Source: Candidatus Rifleibacterium sp.
GTDB taxonomy: Bacteria > Muiribacteriota > Ozemobacteria > Ozemobacterales > Ozemobacteraceae
Reading direction: 5' to 3'
Assembly: GCA_035352635.1 (NCBI GenBank)
Contig: DAOPYA010000004.1
Coordinates: 3,733-67,732 of the forward strand
Length of the DNA: 64,000 nucleotides
Positions 38,431 to 47,728 of this stretch are shown one piece after another. The notes below the pieces were generated by a model, which saw only the letters and a program-made list of their open reading frames with translations, was not told where the DNA came from and did not search any database. Within the stretch, counting starts at the first letter, position 1; each line of letters begins with the position of its first letter. The position numbers were made by a program, and so were the translations under genes.

Positions 38431-39978
38431 GTGACTGAGTATCAATCAATGTTTTCTAAAATTTCTGCCGCGACAATTAACGGGTTCGAGGCTTTGCCTG
38501 TTGCTGTAGAAGCCGACATTACCGGTGGGTTGCCCGGCTTCGATCTCGTCGGTCTGCCAGATACTTCAGTCTCTGAATCAAGGCAACGCATACGCACTGC
38601 CATGAAGAATTCAGGTTGCCCGTTGCCACCCGCCAGAATTGTCGTAAACCTTGCCCCCGCCGACCAACGCAAAGAAGGGTCAGGCCTTGACCTGCCAATC
38701 GCTGTTTCGATGTTGGTGGCATTGAACCGCATCCCAGGTGAAGCAGTACAGAACTACCTGTTTGTGGGTGAGCTGAGCCTTAATGGCGACATCAGACACA
38801 CCCGGGCTGTTCTACCAGTGGCATTGCTGGCATTGCAATATGGCTGTCGAGGCATTGTCATTCCGCGCGAAAACATCAAAGAAGCGCTGGTGGTGCCAGA
38901 GCTTGAAGTGCTGGCCTATTCGACTCTGGCTGAACTTCTCGAAGCCTTTAACGGAACCCTGAAGCCCGAGCAGCGCCCCCCGGACATTGCAGATCAACAT
39001 GTAGAACATAACAATTTGATCGATATGTCGTCAATTAAAGGGCAGGCAATGGCACGCCGGGCGCTTGAAATCGCAGCCGCCGGGGGCCACAATATTATTT
39101 TTTCTGGGCCGCCAGGCTCGGGCAAGACTTTGCTGGCCCGGGCGCTGCCCTCGATCATGCCGCCACTTGAATTTGTCGAAGCCCTTGATGTGACACGCAT
39201 TTACAGCATCAAGGGCCTGCTGCAGGCCGGGGCAGGTCTGATCAGACAACGCCCCTTTCGCGACCCGCACCATACGATTTCAGATGTTGCTCTGGTAGGT
39301 GGCGGGCGGGTGCCTTCACCAGGCGAGGTTTCTCTGGCGCATCACGGGGTTCTTTTTCTCGATGAGTTGCCCGAATTTCGCAAGACGGTTCTCGAAGTCT
39401 TACGCGAACCACTAACCTCAGGCACAGTTTCTATTTCAAGAGCCGCGCAGACCTGCCAGTTCCCAGCGATGTTCTTGTTTGCCGCCGCTATGAACCCATG
39501 CCCGTGCGGGTTTTCAACCGACCCTGACCGCGAATGTATCTGCAGCAGCGGGCAATTGGCCAAATACCGTCAAAAACTTTCGGGGCCCCTGCTTGACCGA
39601 ATAGACCTGCAGATACAGGTTCCACGACTCAAACCTGAAGAACTGGTGACTAAATCTGCCGGCGAAAGCTCAGCCTGCATTAGAGAGCGGGTAGTTGCAG
39701 CTCGTCAACTTCAGAAACAACGCAACACCTATGGCGGCAGTTACCTGAATGCTCAAATTCCCGGGAAAATGCTGCATGAAGTCTGCAATCTGGCAAGTGA
39801 ATCGCAGACCCTGCTGGTCAATGCTGCGAGAAAATTTGCCATGTCAGCCCGTGGTTATGATAAAGTGATTCGTATCGCCCGTACAATTGCCGACCTTGAA
39901 CGCGCAGCGGATATTCGAACACCTCATATAGCCGAAGCGCTGCAATACCGGACACAAGACCCGTTTCAGACTGGCTGA
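38431..39978 (+). CDS. YifB/ComM-family Mg-chelatase-like AAA+ ATPase
   Basis: Lon-like N-terminal domain, Walker A GPPGSGKT, Walker B LFLDELPEF and the C-terminal ChlI domain. 515 aa. Confidence 0.85.
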   Translation: MTEYQSMFSKISAATINGFEALPVAVEADITGGLPGFDLVGLPDTSVSESRQRIRTAMKNSGCPLPPARIVVNLAPADQRKEGSGLDLPIAVSMLVALNRIPGEAVQNYLFVGELSLNGDIRHTRAVLPVALLALQYGCRGIVIPRENIKEALVVPELEVLAYSTLAELLEAFNGTLKPEQRPPDIADQHVEHNNLIDMSSIKGQAMARRALEIAAAGGHNIIFSGPPGSGKTLLARALPSIMPPLEFVEALDVTRIYSIKGLLQAGAGLIRQRPFRDPHHTISDVALVGGGRVPSPGEVSLAHHGVLFLDELPEFRKTVLEVLREPLTSGTVSISRAAQTCQFPAMFLFAAAMNPCPCGFSTDPDRECICSSGQLAKYRQKLSGPLLDRIDLQIQVPRLKPEELVTKSAGESSACIRERVVAARQLQKQRNTYGGSYLNAQIPGKMLHEVCNLASESQTLLVNAARKFAMSARGYDKVIRIARTIADLERAADIRTPHIAEALQYRTQDPFQTG

Positions 39979-40027
39979 CCTCAGCCAGACACCGTTTAAA
40001 CTCTGGTTCGTAGATATAAATAGAGGA

Positions 40028-41479
40028 GTGACCATGGTTCAGACCGATTTTCTCAAGGCAGTTTCTCTTTTTTCAGAGCTTTCAGATGATGAACTTCGCA
40101 ATGTCAGCCAGCAGGCTGAAGTCGTTAACTTTGTTCGCGATGCCTTTATCTGCAAAGAAGGGCAGCAGGCTGATTCTATGTTTATCATCAAATCCGGCAT
40201 CGTTCAGATTTTCTGTGACGATGGCAAAAGTGGCCGCAAAATTCTGACCCATCTTAAGCTGGGCGAATATTTTGGAGAAATGGCTCTGCTCACCGAAGAA
40301 CCGCGAACTGCCTCGGCGGTAGCGCTTGCTGAAACTGAAGTAATCAGACTGAAAAAAGACAGTTTTCACAATCTGCTCAAAACAACTCCCGGTGTCTCTT
40401 TGAGCATCATCAGAACCCTCTGCAATCGCCTGTCAAAAACCAACATTGGCTCGGCGCAAACGAAGATGCACAATGTCTATGCGGTTCTTGGCCCCGACAC
40501 TGCCTCAGGCAAAAGCCTTTTTGCCCGCAACCTGGCAATGGCGATGCAGAAGGAACTTGGCTGCGACGTTTTTCTTTATGACCCGAACCTGCGCGACGAC
40601 CGGGTCGCCAGAAGCCTTGGCGTTGAACAGCATTCGCGAATAATTGACGAACTTCTCGACCGCGAAAAGATTACCGACCTGAAAAAATATGTAGTTAAAA
40701 CCGCTTGCGGTCTGCTGACCTTATTGCCACAAGAAAACGGTCTAACCGATGTGCGCCTGAAGGAATTTCATACCTTTTCACTGATGCAATCAGTAATGGA
40801 ACATTACGAATATGTAGTAGTCGATTCAAGCTCGATGTTCACCAAGGTTACCAAAGAAATTGTGCAGAATTGTGACAAAATTGTCTATCTCATTTCGAGC
40901 AAAAACGTTTCAATTGCCGGTCTTATGGATCATTTCGACGAAACGCGACGCGGCTGGAAAGTGGCGCCTGAAAAAATAGTTTTCGGGGTAAACCACATGA
41001 CCGATGATCGCACCCAGGAAAGCCTGATCACCGAGAAAGACCATGAGCGCATCAGCTTCGAAATCCCATTCAGCAAAGAACTAAAAGGCAAAAGAGATCC
41101 CGAGCACGAGTTGCTGATTCAAAAAGATCCCGGTCACCCGATGAGCAAGATCTGCAGCCAGCAATCTCTGAAGATTCTCTTCGATCAGACCATAGGGCTG
41201 TTTCTGCCAACTTTTGATGATGAACCGGCCAGGGCTGGTCTGGCAAAACGCTGGCTCGAAAGCGGCGTTGCCGAGTTTTCCCAGACCCTCAAAAAAGTTG
41301 AAGTTCTTGGCCCGGTTACCCGCCAGGGCAGACTTTATCATATTCTCACCGGTCATACCTCAAAGTGGAGCCTGAACGAGCAGGTCGTAAAAATTGTTGA
41401 TTTTTCGAACCGCTTTAAAAAGGAATTCGATGTCAGCAGCCTGATTCTCTCGCTGAACACCCAGGAAAGCATCATCTGA
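40028..41479 (+). CDS. Cyclic-nucleotide-binding domain fused to a degenerate MinD/ParA-like domain
   Basis: N-terminal 130 aa is a Crp-type cNMP-binding fold (GEYFGEMALLTEEPRTASAVA). Residues from about 150 align to MinD: YAVLGPDTASGKSLFARNLAMAM; LLTLLPQENG; YEYVVVDSSS; CDKIVYLISSKNVSI. The P-loop is non-canonical (GPDTASGKS). Confidence 0.6.
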   Translation: MTMVQTDFLKAVSLFSELSDDELRNVSQQAEVVNFVRDAFICKEGQQADSMFIIKSGIVQIFCDDGKSGRKILTHLKLGEYFGEMALLTEEPRTASAVALAETEVIRLKKDSFHNLLKTTPGVSLSIIRTLCNRLSKTNIGSAQTKMHNVYAVLGPDTASGKSLFARNLAMAMQKELGCDVFLYDPNLRDDRVARSLGVEQHSRIIDELLDREKITDLKKYVVKTACGLLTLLPQENGLTDVRLKEFHTFSLMQSVMEHYEYVVVDSSSMFTKVTKEIVQNCDKIVYLISSKNVSIAGLMDHFDETRRGWKVAPEKIVFGVNHMTDDRTQESLITEKDHERISFEIPFSKELKGKRDPEHELLIQKDPGHPMSKICSQQSLKILFDQTIGLFLPTFDDEPARAGLAKRWLESGVAEFSQTLKKVEVLGPVTRQGRLYHILTGHTSKWSLNEQVVKIVDFSNRFKKEFDVSSLILSLNTQESII

Positions 41480-41488
41480 GGCTATTAC

Positions 41489-41529
41489 AAAAACCCGCAG
41501 CCTTGGTCAAACCGGGTTGCGGGTTTTTT
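41489..41529. terminator. Bidirectional rho-independent terminator between convergent genes
   Basis: AAAAACCCGCA ... TGCGGGTTTTTT: an 8-bp GC-rich stem flanked by an A-run and a T-run. Confidence 0.5.
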
Positions 41530-41530
41530 C

Positions 41531-42799
41531 TTACCTGCTTTTGTTTTCAATTGGTTCATACTGTTCGGCTGCCTTGATTCTCTCAATGGCCGGCGGGTGT
41601 GAATAAAGCCAGAAAACCCGGAGCGGGTGCGGAAGCAGGTCAGAACGATTATCACGGGCCAACCTGACCTGGGCATCCTGATAGACGCTGCGTAATCCGG
41701 TCAGTTCAAGGGAAACGCGGTCGGCTTGCCGTTCCATTATCTGACTGATCTGGCTTTCAAATGGAACCGTAAAAAGTTGCAATATGGTTGCCATGAGCAG
41801 CAGAAACGGCAGGTTTTGCGCGGCGCTGACATCACCAAGACCAAACCAGCTCACAGCGGCAAACCCAGGAAACAGGCGTTGATAAAGCAACCCGGCCAGC
41901 AGCATGCCTGATACTCCCAGAGCCAAGCCCCAGGCAACATGATTGTATTGCCAGTGACCGGCCTCATGAGCGAAGATCAGGGCCGCCTCGTCAGGCGTAT
42001 GACTCTTAATGAGATTATCATAAAGAACAATTCTTCTGAAGCGGCCAACCCCGGTAAAATAGGCATTTGTATGCTTTGAATACCGGCTCTCATCAATAAC
42101 ATATATTTCATTAACCGCCATTCCGGCTCGGGCAGCCATTTCGAGCAGACGCTCGCGAAAAGGCCCGGCTTCAAGCGGTTTTTGCTCATAAAAAAGCGGT
42201 GTGATAATCATTGGCGCCAAAAGTGTGATCGCCAGGGCAAACCCGCCCATCGCCAGAGGCAACAGCAGTGGCCAACGCTCCGGCAGCCAGCGCATAACCG
42301 TAAGCAGCAGCAGAAACCCCGCTGTTTCAAAACCAACGCCAATCACCAGGCTTTTAAGATATTTCAAAAACCAGCCGCCGAACCCTACGGTTGAAAACCC
42401 GGATTCAGTTTCGCGCCAATGACCAAAATACAGGTCAGACGGAAAAGACAACAGTTGCACGATCAGCAGAAAAACGATGATAAAAGCAAGATCAGCACGC
42501 AGAATTCCGGGGCCGCAAATAAGACTGACTCTCTGCCATAAGGTATTTGCCAGGCCTGATTTAACCAGAACAACCAGAATGGCGACAAAAACAACTCCAT
42601 AAATAGCCCTGAACCAGAAACCTTTGAGGGCATACGCACGGCCCGCGTCAATATCAGTCTGAGTAAAAAATTTTAATAATTCCCCGGTGGCCGCCGGGTC
42701 AGCATTGCCGATATATTGACAACCAAGCAGCAGACTGCGCAATAAAAACCATGAGAACAAAGCAAGCCAGAACAATTTTTCAATTTTTTCAGGTGTCAT
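41531..42799 (-). CDS. M48-family membrane zinc metalloprotease (Ste24/HtpX-like)
   Basis: HExxH within FAHEAGHWQYNHV. About 7 N-terminal TM helices, then a catalytic domain. 422 aa. Confidence 0.7.
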   Translation of the reverse strand: MTPEKIEKLFWLALFSWFLLRSLLLGCQYIGNADPAATGELLKFFTQTDIDAGRAYALKGFWFRAIYGVVFVAILVVLVKSGLANTLWQRVSLICGPGILRADLAFIIVFLLIVQLLSFPSDLYFGHWRETESGFSTVGFGGWFLKYLKSLVIGVGFETAGFLLLLTVMRWLPERWPLLLPLAMGGFALAITLLAPMIITPLFYEQKPLEAGPFRERLLEMAARAGMAVNEIYVIDESRYSKHTNAYFTGVGRFRRIVLYDNLIKSHTPDEAALIFAHEAGHWQYNHVAWGLALGVSGMLLAGLLYQRLFPGFAAVSWFGLGDVSAAQNLPFLLLMATILQLFTVPFESQISQIMERQADRVSLELTGLRSVYQDAQVRLARDNRSDLLPHPLRVFWLYSHPPAIERIKAAEQYEPIENKSR

Positions 42800-42854
42800 A
42801 TTTTCAATCTATTTTCTGTTTAACTGTTAGTCAAGAAATGTTAAATTCATCATT

Positions 42855-43136
42855 ATGAAAAAACTGGACTCCATGACCAAAAAACTGGTAACCAGAACTC
42901 TGAACGCTCAGGGGGCGAACCTTCAGAACCGCCTGCCACCTTTGCAGCGCCCTGGTGCCAAGCCCGGTGAACCGGCACGCATTAACTGCCATGAGTGCCA
43001 GTTCTTTTATATCACCTGGCAACCCTCGACACCCTATGGCTGCAAGGGGCACGGTTTCAAGTCGGCCCAAATCCCCTCTATGGTGGTCTTTTCAACCTCC
43101 GGAGAGCATTGCCTGCTGTTTCGCCACAAAGCCTGA
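42855..43136 (+). CDS. Possible small zinc-ribbon protein (93 aa)
   Basis: CHECQFFY...C.GH Cys/His cluster. It lies in a 470-nt divergent intergenic region. No clear Shine-Dalgarno. Confidence 0.25.
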   Translation: MKKLDSMTKKLVTRTLNAQGANLQNRLPPLQRPGAKPGEPARINCHECQFFYITWQPSTPYGCKGHGFKSAQIPSMVVFSTSGEHCLLFRHKA

Positions 43137-43271
43137 ACCCATTATTTAATTGCATCGCAGCCGAGAATATGTTATTCTTACGGCCGGTTTTTGCAAACAA
43201 CCTTCATTCCAGAAGCATTGCAACTGTCTGATTTTTTCTCTAAACCATCGGGGGCACACAGCCGATAGCTA

Positions 43272-44744
43272 ATGAGAAAAGTTCCTGCAATAGTCAGGCA
43301 ATTTGCAAGGAGGCGCAGAATAAAGCAGATGACACGTCGTAACAGGATTCACTTCATTGGCATCGGCGGCGTTGGAATGAGCGGTCTTGCCAGCATCTAC
43401 CTCAACAAGGGCTACAAGATTTCAGGTTCCGACCTCAACGGCAACGACCGTACAGAAGAACTCAAAAGCAAAGGGGCACGTATTTTTACTGGCCACAATG
43501 CACGAAACATACCATCAGATGTCGGCAGAGTAGTTGTCTCAACAGCTATCTCCAGCGACAACCCTGAATTAATGGCAGCTCACAAACGTGGCTTGCCGAC
43601 CATTCATCGTTCTGACCTGCTGGCAGAGCTTTTCCTTGACTCAACTTGCGGCATAGCCGTTGCCGGCTGCCACGGCAAGACTACAGTCAGTTCGATGATC
43701 GCAACCATTTTAAAAACCGCCGGAAAAGATCCGACCTGCGTTGTCGGCGGTCATGTTGCTGCCCTCGGCGGCAACGCCTGCGCCGGCGCTTCGAATCTCT
43801 TTGTTGCCGAAGCCGACGAAAGCGACGCAACTTTCCTGAAATATTTCCCGCAGTTTGGCGTCATTACCAACATTGATAATGACCACATGGATCACTATTC
43901 AAGCATCGAGGCCATAATCAAAGCATTCGAACTTTTCGCCAGCCACATCTCACCCGAAGGGGCGCTGTTCATTTGCGCTGACGACCCGATCGCCCGCAAC
44001 CTGAATATTCCAGAAAAGCTGCGCACCATCACCTATGGCATCACTACTGCTGCCGACCTGATGGCCGACAATATCGACCTGCACCCGTATGGCTCGTGTT
44101 TCGATCTTATGATTGGCGGCCAGAATTATGGCCGGTTCAATCTTGAAGTGCCCGGTCGACACAATATTCTGAACGCCCTGCCGGTTATTGGTTTCTGCCT
44201 TGAAGTCGGCATGGCGCTTGAGGCTATTCAAAAAGGGTTCGACATATTTCACGGTGCCGGCCGCCGCTTCGAAATCAAGGGGCAGTTTGAAGGCATCACT
44301 GTCATTGATGACTACGGCCATCATCCGAATGAAATCAAAGCAACCCTTGAAGCCGCAACCTCTCTTGGCGCACGCCGGGTCGTGGTGGTTTTCCAGCCGC
44401 ACCGTTATTCAAGAACCCTGTTTCTCTCGCAAGAATTCGGCCGCTGTTTCGACAACTGCGACAAACTGTTTATCACTGATATTTATGCCGCCTCAGAAAA
44501 GCCGATTCCCGGCGTTACCAGCAAAGTTATTCTCGATCACATGCCGGTAGCTAACCGCCGCAAAGTCAAAATGGTTAAGAACGTCGAAGACGTTAAATAT
44601 CATCTGTTGAACTTTGTCGAACCCGGCGATGTCGTCTTTACCATTGGCGCCGGCAGCATTACCCAGGTCGGCCCCGAAATACTTGAGTCGATGAGAGTCC
44701 GCAGTCTCAGTTATCACGCTCTGCCCGTCAGTGCAGTTGTTTAA
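43272..44744 (+). CDS. murC: UDP-N-acetylmuramate--L-alanine ligase
   Basis: IHFIGIGGVGMSGLA N-terminal motif and Mur ligase central and C-terminal domains (GCHGKTTVSSMIA). The more likely start is near 43332 (MTRRNRIHF). Confidence 0.85.
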   Translation: MRKVPAIVRQFARRRRIKQMTRRNRIHFIGIGGVGMSGLASIYLNKGYKISGSDLNGNDRTEELKSKGARIFTGHNARNIPSDVGRVVVSTAISSDNPELMAAHKRGLPTIHRSDLLAELFLDSTCGIAVAGCHGKTTVSSMIATILKTAGKDPTCVVGGHVAALGGNACAGASNLFVAEADESDATFLKYFPQFGVITNIDNDHMDHYSSIEAIIKAFELFASHISPEGALFICADDPIARNLNIPEKLRTITYGITTAADLMADNIDLHPYGSCFDLMIGGQNYGRFNLEVPGRHNILNALPVIGFCLEVGMALEAIQKGFDIFHGAGRRFEIKGQFEGITVIDDYGHHPNEIKATLEAATSLGARRVVVVFQPHRYSRTLFLSQEFGRCFDNCDKLFITDIYAASEKPIPGVTSKVILDHMPVANRRKVKMVKNVEDVKYHLLNFVEPGDVVFTIGAGSITQVGPEILESMRVRSLSYHALPVSAVV

Positions 44745-44876
44745 GCACTATGACCATAATTACCACCCTGTTTCTCTTCAGCGTCGCTGTTGTTTTAACC
44801 CGCGCCACCGTCGCACTGGGCTTTAAAATTCTCGATGTAATAAAAGCCAGATACGGTTCCTGAAAACCCGAGCCAT

Positions 44877-44927
44877 TAAAAAGCCCGGCGACCGACTCTC
44901 TCGTGAGTCAATCGCCGGGCTTTTTTT
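44877..44927. terminator. Bidirectional rho-independent terminator (murC side and M16 side)
   Basis: 10-bp stem AGCCCGGCGA / TCGCCGGGCT with a 20-nt loop. AAAA precedes it and TTTTTTT follows it. Confidence 0.55.
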
Positions 44928-44936
44928 CAGTTTGCA

Positions 44937-47474
44937 TCAGGGGGCTGTTATAGCCACTGCATAAGAACCACTGGCCAGCATATACTGTCTGGCCGCCTGC
45001 GTTACCAGTTCTGGGGTAGCTGAAGCCAGTATCTGCGGGTAGCGCCGATAAAAATCAAAACCCCTGCCCAGCAGCTCATCTGAAGCGAAGTTTTCAGCCA
45101 AAGACTGATTGTCAGCAAGCGAAAGCGCATATTGCCCAACCAGAAATTTCCTCGCCAGCTCAAATTCTTCGGCGCTGAAACCGTTTTTGAAAGCTTCAAC
45201 CTCAGCAAGCAATTTGGCAGATGCCTCAGACGCCCTGGCAGGTGAAGTTACCGCCGTTGCAAGAAAATAGCCGGTATTGGCCATGCCGGTATTGAAGGCC
45301 CAGCTTGAAAAAGCCACCGCATCGCGGTCGCGCAGATTTCTGATTAACCTTGAATTGCTGCCGCCCGAAAGAATGGTCTGGGCAATTTCGAGAGCGGCGC
45401 AGCGTTCATCCGAAATCGGCAGGGTGCGGCTCACATAAACAATCTGAGCCTGCTCAATGTTCTTCTTCACGGCAACCTCAATGGGGCCCTTGACCTCTTT
45501 CAGTTCAAAATTTCCGGTTTCACGGGGCTGTTTCGATGAAAACCTGGCAAAATTGCGCAGCAGCCATTCCCGGGTTTCTTTGGAATAAAAATCACCTACA
45601 ATGGCCACCACAATGTTACCACCAACATAATTCTCTGAATGAAAATCAACGAGATCCTGACGCTTGATGCGCCGCACATCATCAAGGCGGCCATAATTTG
45701 AGTAACTGATCGGCGTTTCAGGAAAAATAGCCATCAAAGCCTGCTGGGTGGTATGCTTATAGACATCTTCTTCTTCAAGGCGTATCTGCTCTTCGATCTG
45801 GGTTTTCATGTTATCGAGCCCGGACGACGGAAAATCTGGATTTTCGAGAATGTCGAGAAACAGTTCGAGGGAGCTGTTAAAATTTTCAGAAAGCGTCTGA
45901 AGACTGAAAGTGACAAAGCTCTTGCTGGTCTGCGATGAATACTTTGAGCCCATGGAAGCAAGTGCTGATGCCAGTTCGCTGCCACTCATTTTTTTGGTGC
46001 CCCTGATCAGCATCTCGGCCGTCAGATTAGCCAAACCGCCTTCGCGTTTATCTTCAAGCATTCCACCAGCGGCAACCTTGGCGACGACTGCCACCACCGG
46101 CGAACTATGGTTTTCTTTTAAAATGATCTTGACGCCGTTATCGAGAGTCAACATTTCGGGCAAAGCGTCGTCAGCAGCAGCCTTTGGTTCGAGCCGGGCA
46201 ATCGTCAGATTGTTGTCGTTAAGGTATTCTGAAGCAACCCGCCTGATGTCTTCAAGGTTTACGGCGCGAATATTGTCGGCAAATGATTCAGAATCACGGA
46301 TATCAGAGAGCATGGCAAAGTGCCCGAAATTGGCAGCCTGGTTTTCTGCGGTTTCACGGCCAAAATAGTCGTCGGCAATGATCTGCTGGCGGGCTTTTTC
46401 AATCTCTTCGTTACTTATTTCTCCATCAAGCAGGCGATAAACAATGCTGCGGGCCGCATCAACAAACTGTTTGGCTTTCCCTGGCGTTGTGACGCCACCA
46501 ACCTGAAAGAGCATCGGATACTGACTTGAATAATACCCAGCACCTGCCGACAGGGCAATCTGGCGATCATCAACAAGTTCCTTCCAGAGCCAGCTCGAAG
46601 TGCCCCCGCCAATCATTCTGGCAATCAGGTAGAGCGGAAACCGGTCAACACTCTCAACCCCCGGGACCCGCCAGCCAATTCTGATGTAAGTATTGGTGAT
46701 ATCAGCAGTCTCGACCTTGACGCGCATACCCTTCTGCGGGGGTTCCTGAAGAGGTTTCTGCAAAGGGGCCTCAGCTCTTGGAACCTGGCCGGCGAACTTC
46801 TTAACCAGTTCGATGGTCAATGCCGAATCAACATCGCCGGTGACAATTAACCACATATTTGCAGGAACATAGAATTTTTTATAGAAGTTAACCAGCTTCT
46901 CGCGGGTCACCTGTTCGATTATCTGACGGTAGCCAATGATCGGGTGACGATAAGGATGAACTTTAAAGGCTTCTTCCATCAGAAGTTGCACAACCCGATT
47001 GTTGGGATTACCTGATGAAACAATTGTTTCTTCAAGAATGGCCCTGGTTTCGGCAACCAGATCGCCGGCTTCAAGGGCGCTGTTAAAAACGGCATCCACA
47101 AGAATCTCAAGCATCTTTTCCTGATAAACCGAAGCACCGGTCAGCGAAAAACTGGTGTAATCATTGGCTGTGAATGAAGAATGACGCGACCCGGTCATTC
47201 TGATCTCATTCTCGAGGGCAGCGGCCGGAAAACGCCCTGAACCCTTGAAAATCAGCCTTTCAAGCAGATGCGCGTAGCCTTCTTCACCGGGTTGTTCGTT
47301 CACTGAACCGGCCTTAACCCACAAATTAACCGCTACGACAGGCGAAGCCCGCATTGGCCTGATAAAAACATTCAGGCCATTTTCAAGAGTGAAAACCTGC
47401 CCGGCATCAATCTGAGCAAAACTGCACTGTGCCAGAAGCACAAAAGCAAGCATTAATCTGATAATAAGTTTCAT
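44937..47474 (-). CDS. Secreted tandem M16-family (insulinase-like) protein, zinc motif altered (HxxER)
   Basis: 845 aa, signal peptide MKLIIRLMLAFVLLAQCSFA. Two M16 halves. The first-half motif is YAHLLERLIFKGSG, i.e. HxxEH with the second His replaced by Arg. The second half has no HxxEH. Confidence 0.75.
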   Translation of the reverse strand: MKLIIRLMLAFVLLAQCSFAQIDAGQVFTLENGLNVFIRPMRASPVVAVNLWVKAGSVNEQPGEEGYAHLLERLIFKGSGRFPAAALENEIRMTGSRHSSFTANDYTSFSLTGASVYQEKMLEILVDAVFNSALEAGDLVAETRAILEETIVSSGNPNNRVVQLLMEEAFKVHPYRHPIIGYRQIIEQVTREKLVNFYKKFYVPANMWLIVTGDVDSALTIELVKKFAGQVPRAEAPLQKPLQEPPQKGMRVKVETADITNTYIRIGWRVPGVESVDRFPLYLIARMIGGGTSSWLWKELVDDRQIALSAGAGYYSSQYPMLFQVGGVTTPGKAKQFVDAARSIVYRLLDGEISNEEIEKARQQIIADDYFGRETAENQAANFGHFAMLSDIRDSESFADNIRAVNLEDIRRVASEYLNDNNLTIARLEPKAAADDALPEMLTLDNGVKIILKENHSSPVVAVVAKVAAGGMLEDKREGGLANLTAEMLIRGTKKMSGSELASALASMGSKYSSQTSKSFVTFSLQTLSENFNSSLELFLDILENPDFPSSGLDNMKTQIEEQIRLEEEDVYKHTTQQALMAIFPETPISYSNYGRLDDVRRIKRQDLVDFHSENYVGGNIVVAIVGDFYSKETREWLLRNFARFSSKQPRETGNFELKEVKGPIEVAVKKNIEQAQIVYVSRTLPISDERCAALEIAQTILSGGSNSRLIRNLRDRDAVAFSSWAFNTGMANTGYFLATAVTSPARASEASAKLLAEVEAFKNGFSAEEFELARKFLVGQYALSLADNQSLAENFASDELLGRGFDFYRRYPQILASATPELVTQAARQYMLASGSYAVAITAP

Positions 47475-47728
47475 TCATGCACTCTCCTCGGTAATCTGGG
47501 CAACATTCTACCACCAGCATCGCCGATAGCCAACTTATTGATAACCGTGCAAATGAAAACTCCTGCGGCTGACATGCCGGGCCGTTGAACAGACTCAACT
47601 TTGTTTTTGCACAACTCACTAATTCAAGTGCGTGGCAGCAAAATGCAATAAAAACAAGGCACACCTCAATGAAACGAACATTGATGCCGATGAGTTCACT
47701 AAAGATATAAATTCTGGAGCGCAAACTG

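Noticed and set aside
45910-46368. 152-aa plus-strand ORF inside the tandem M16 gene
   Set aside because: Antisense shadow ORF. The translation is Ala/Ser-rich.
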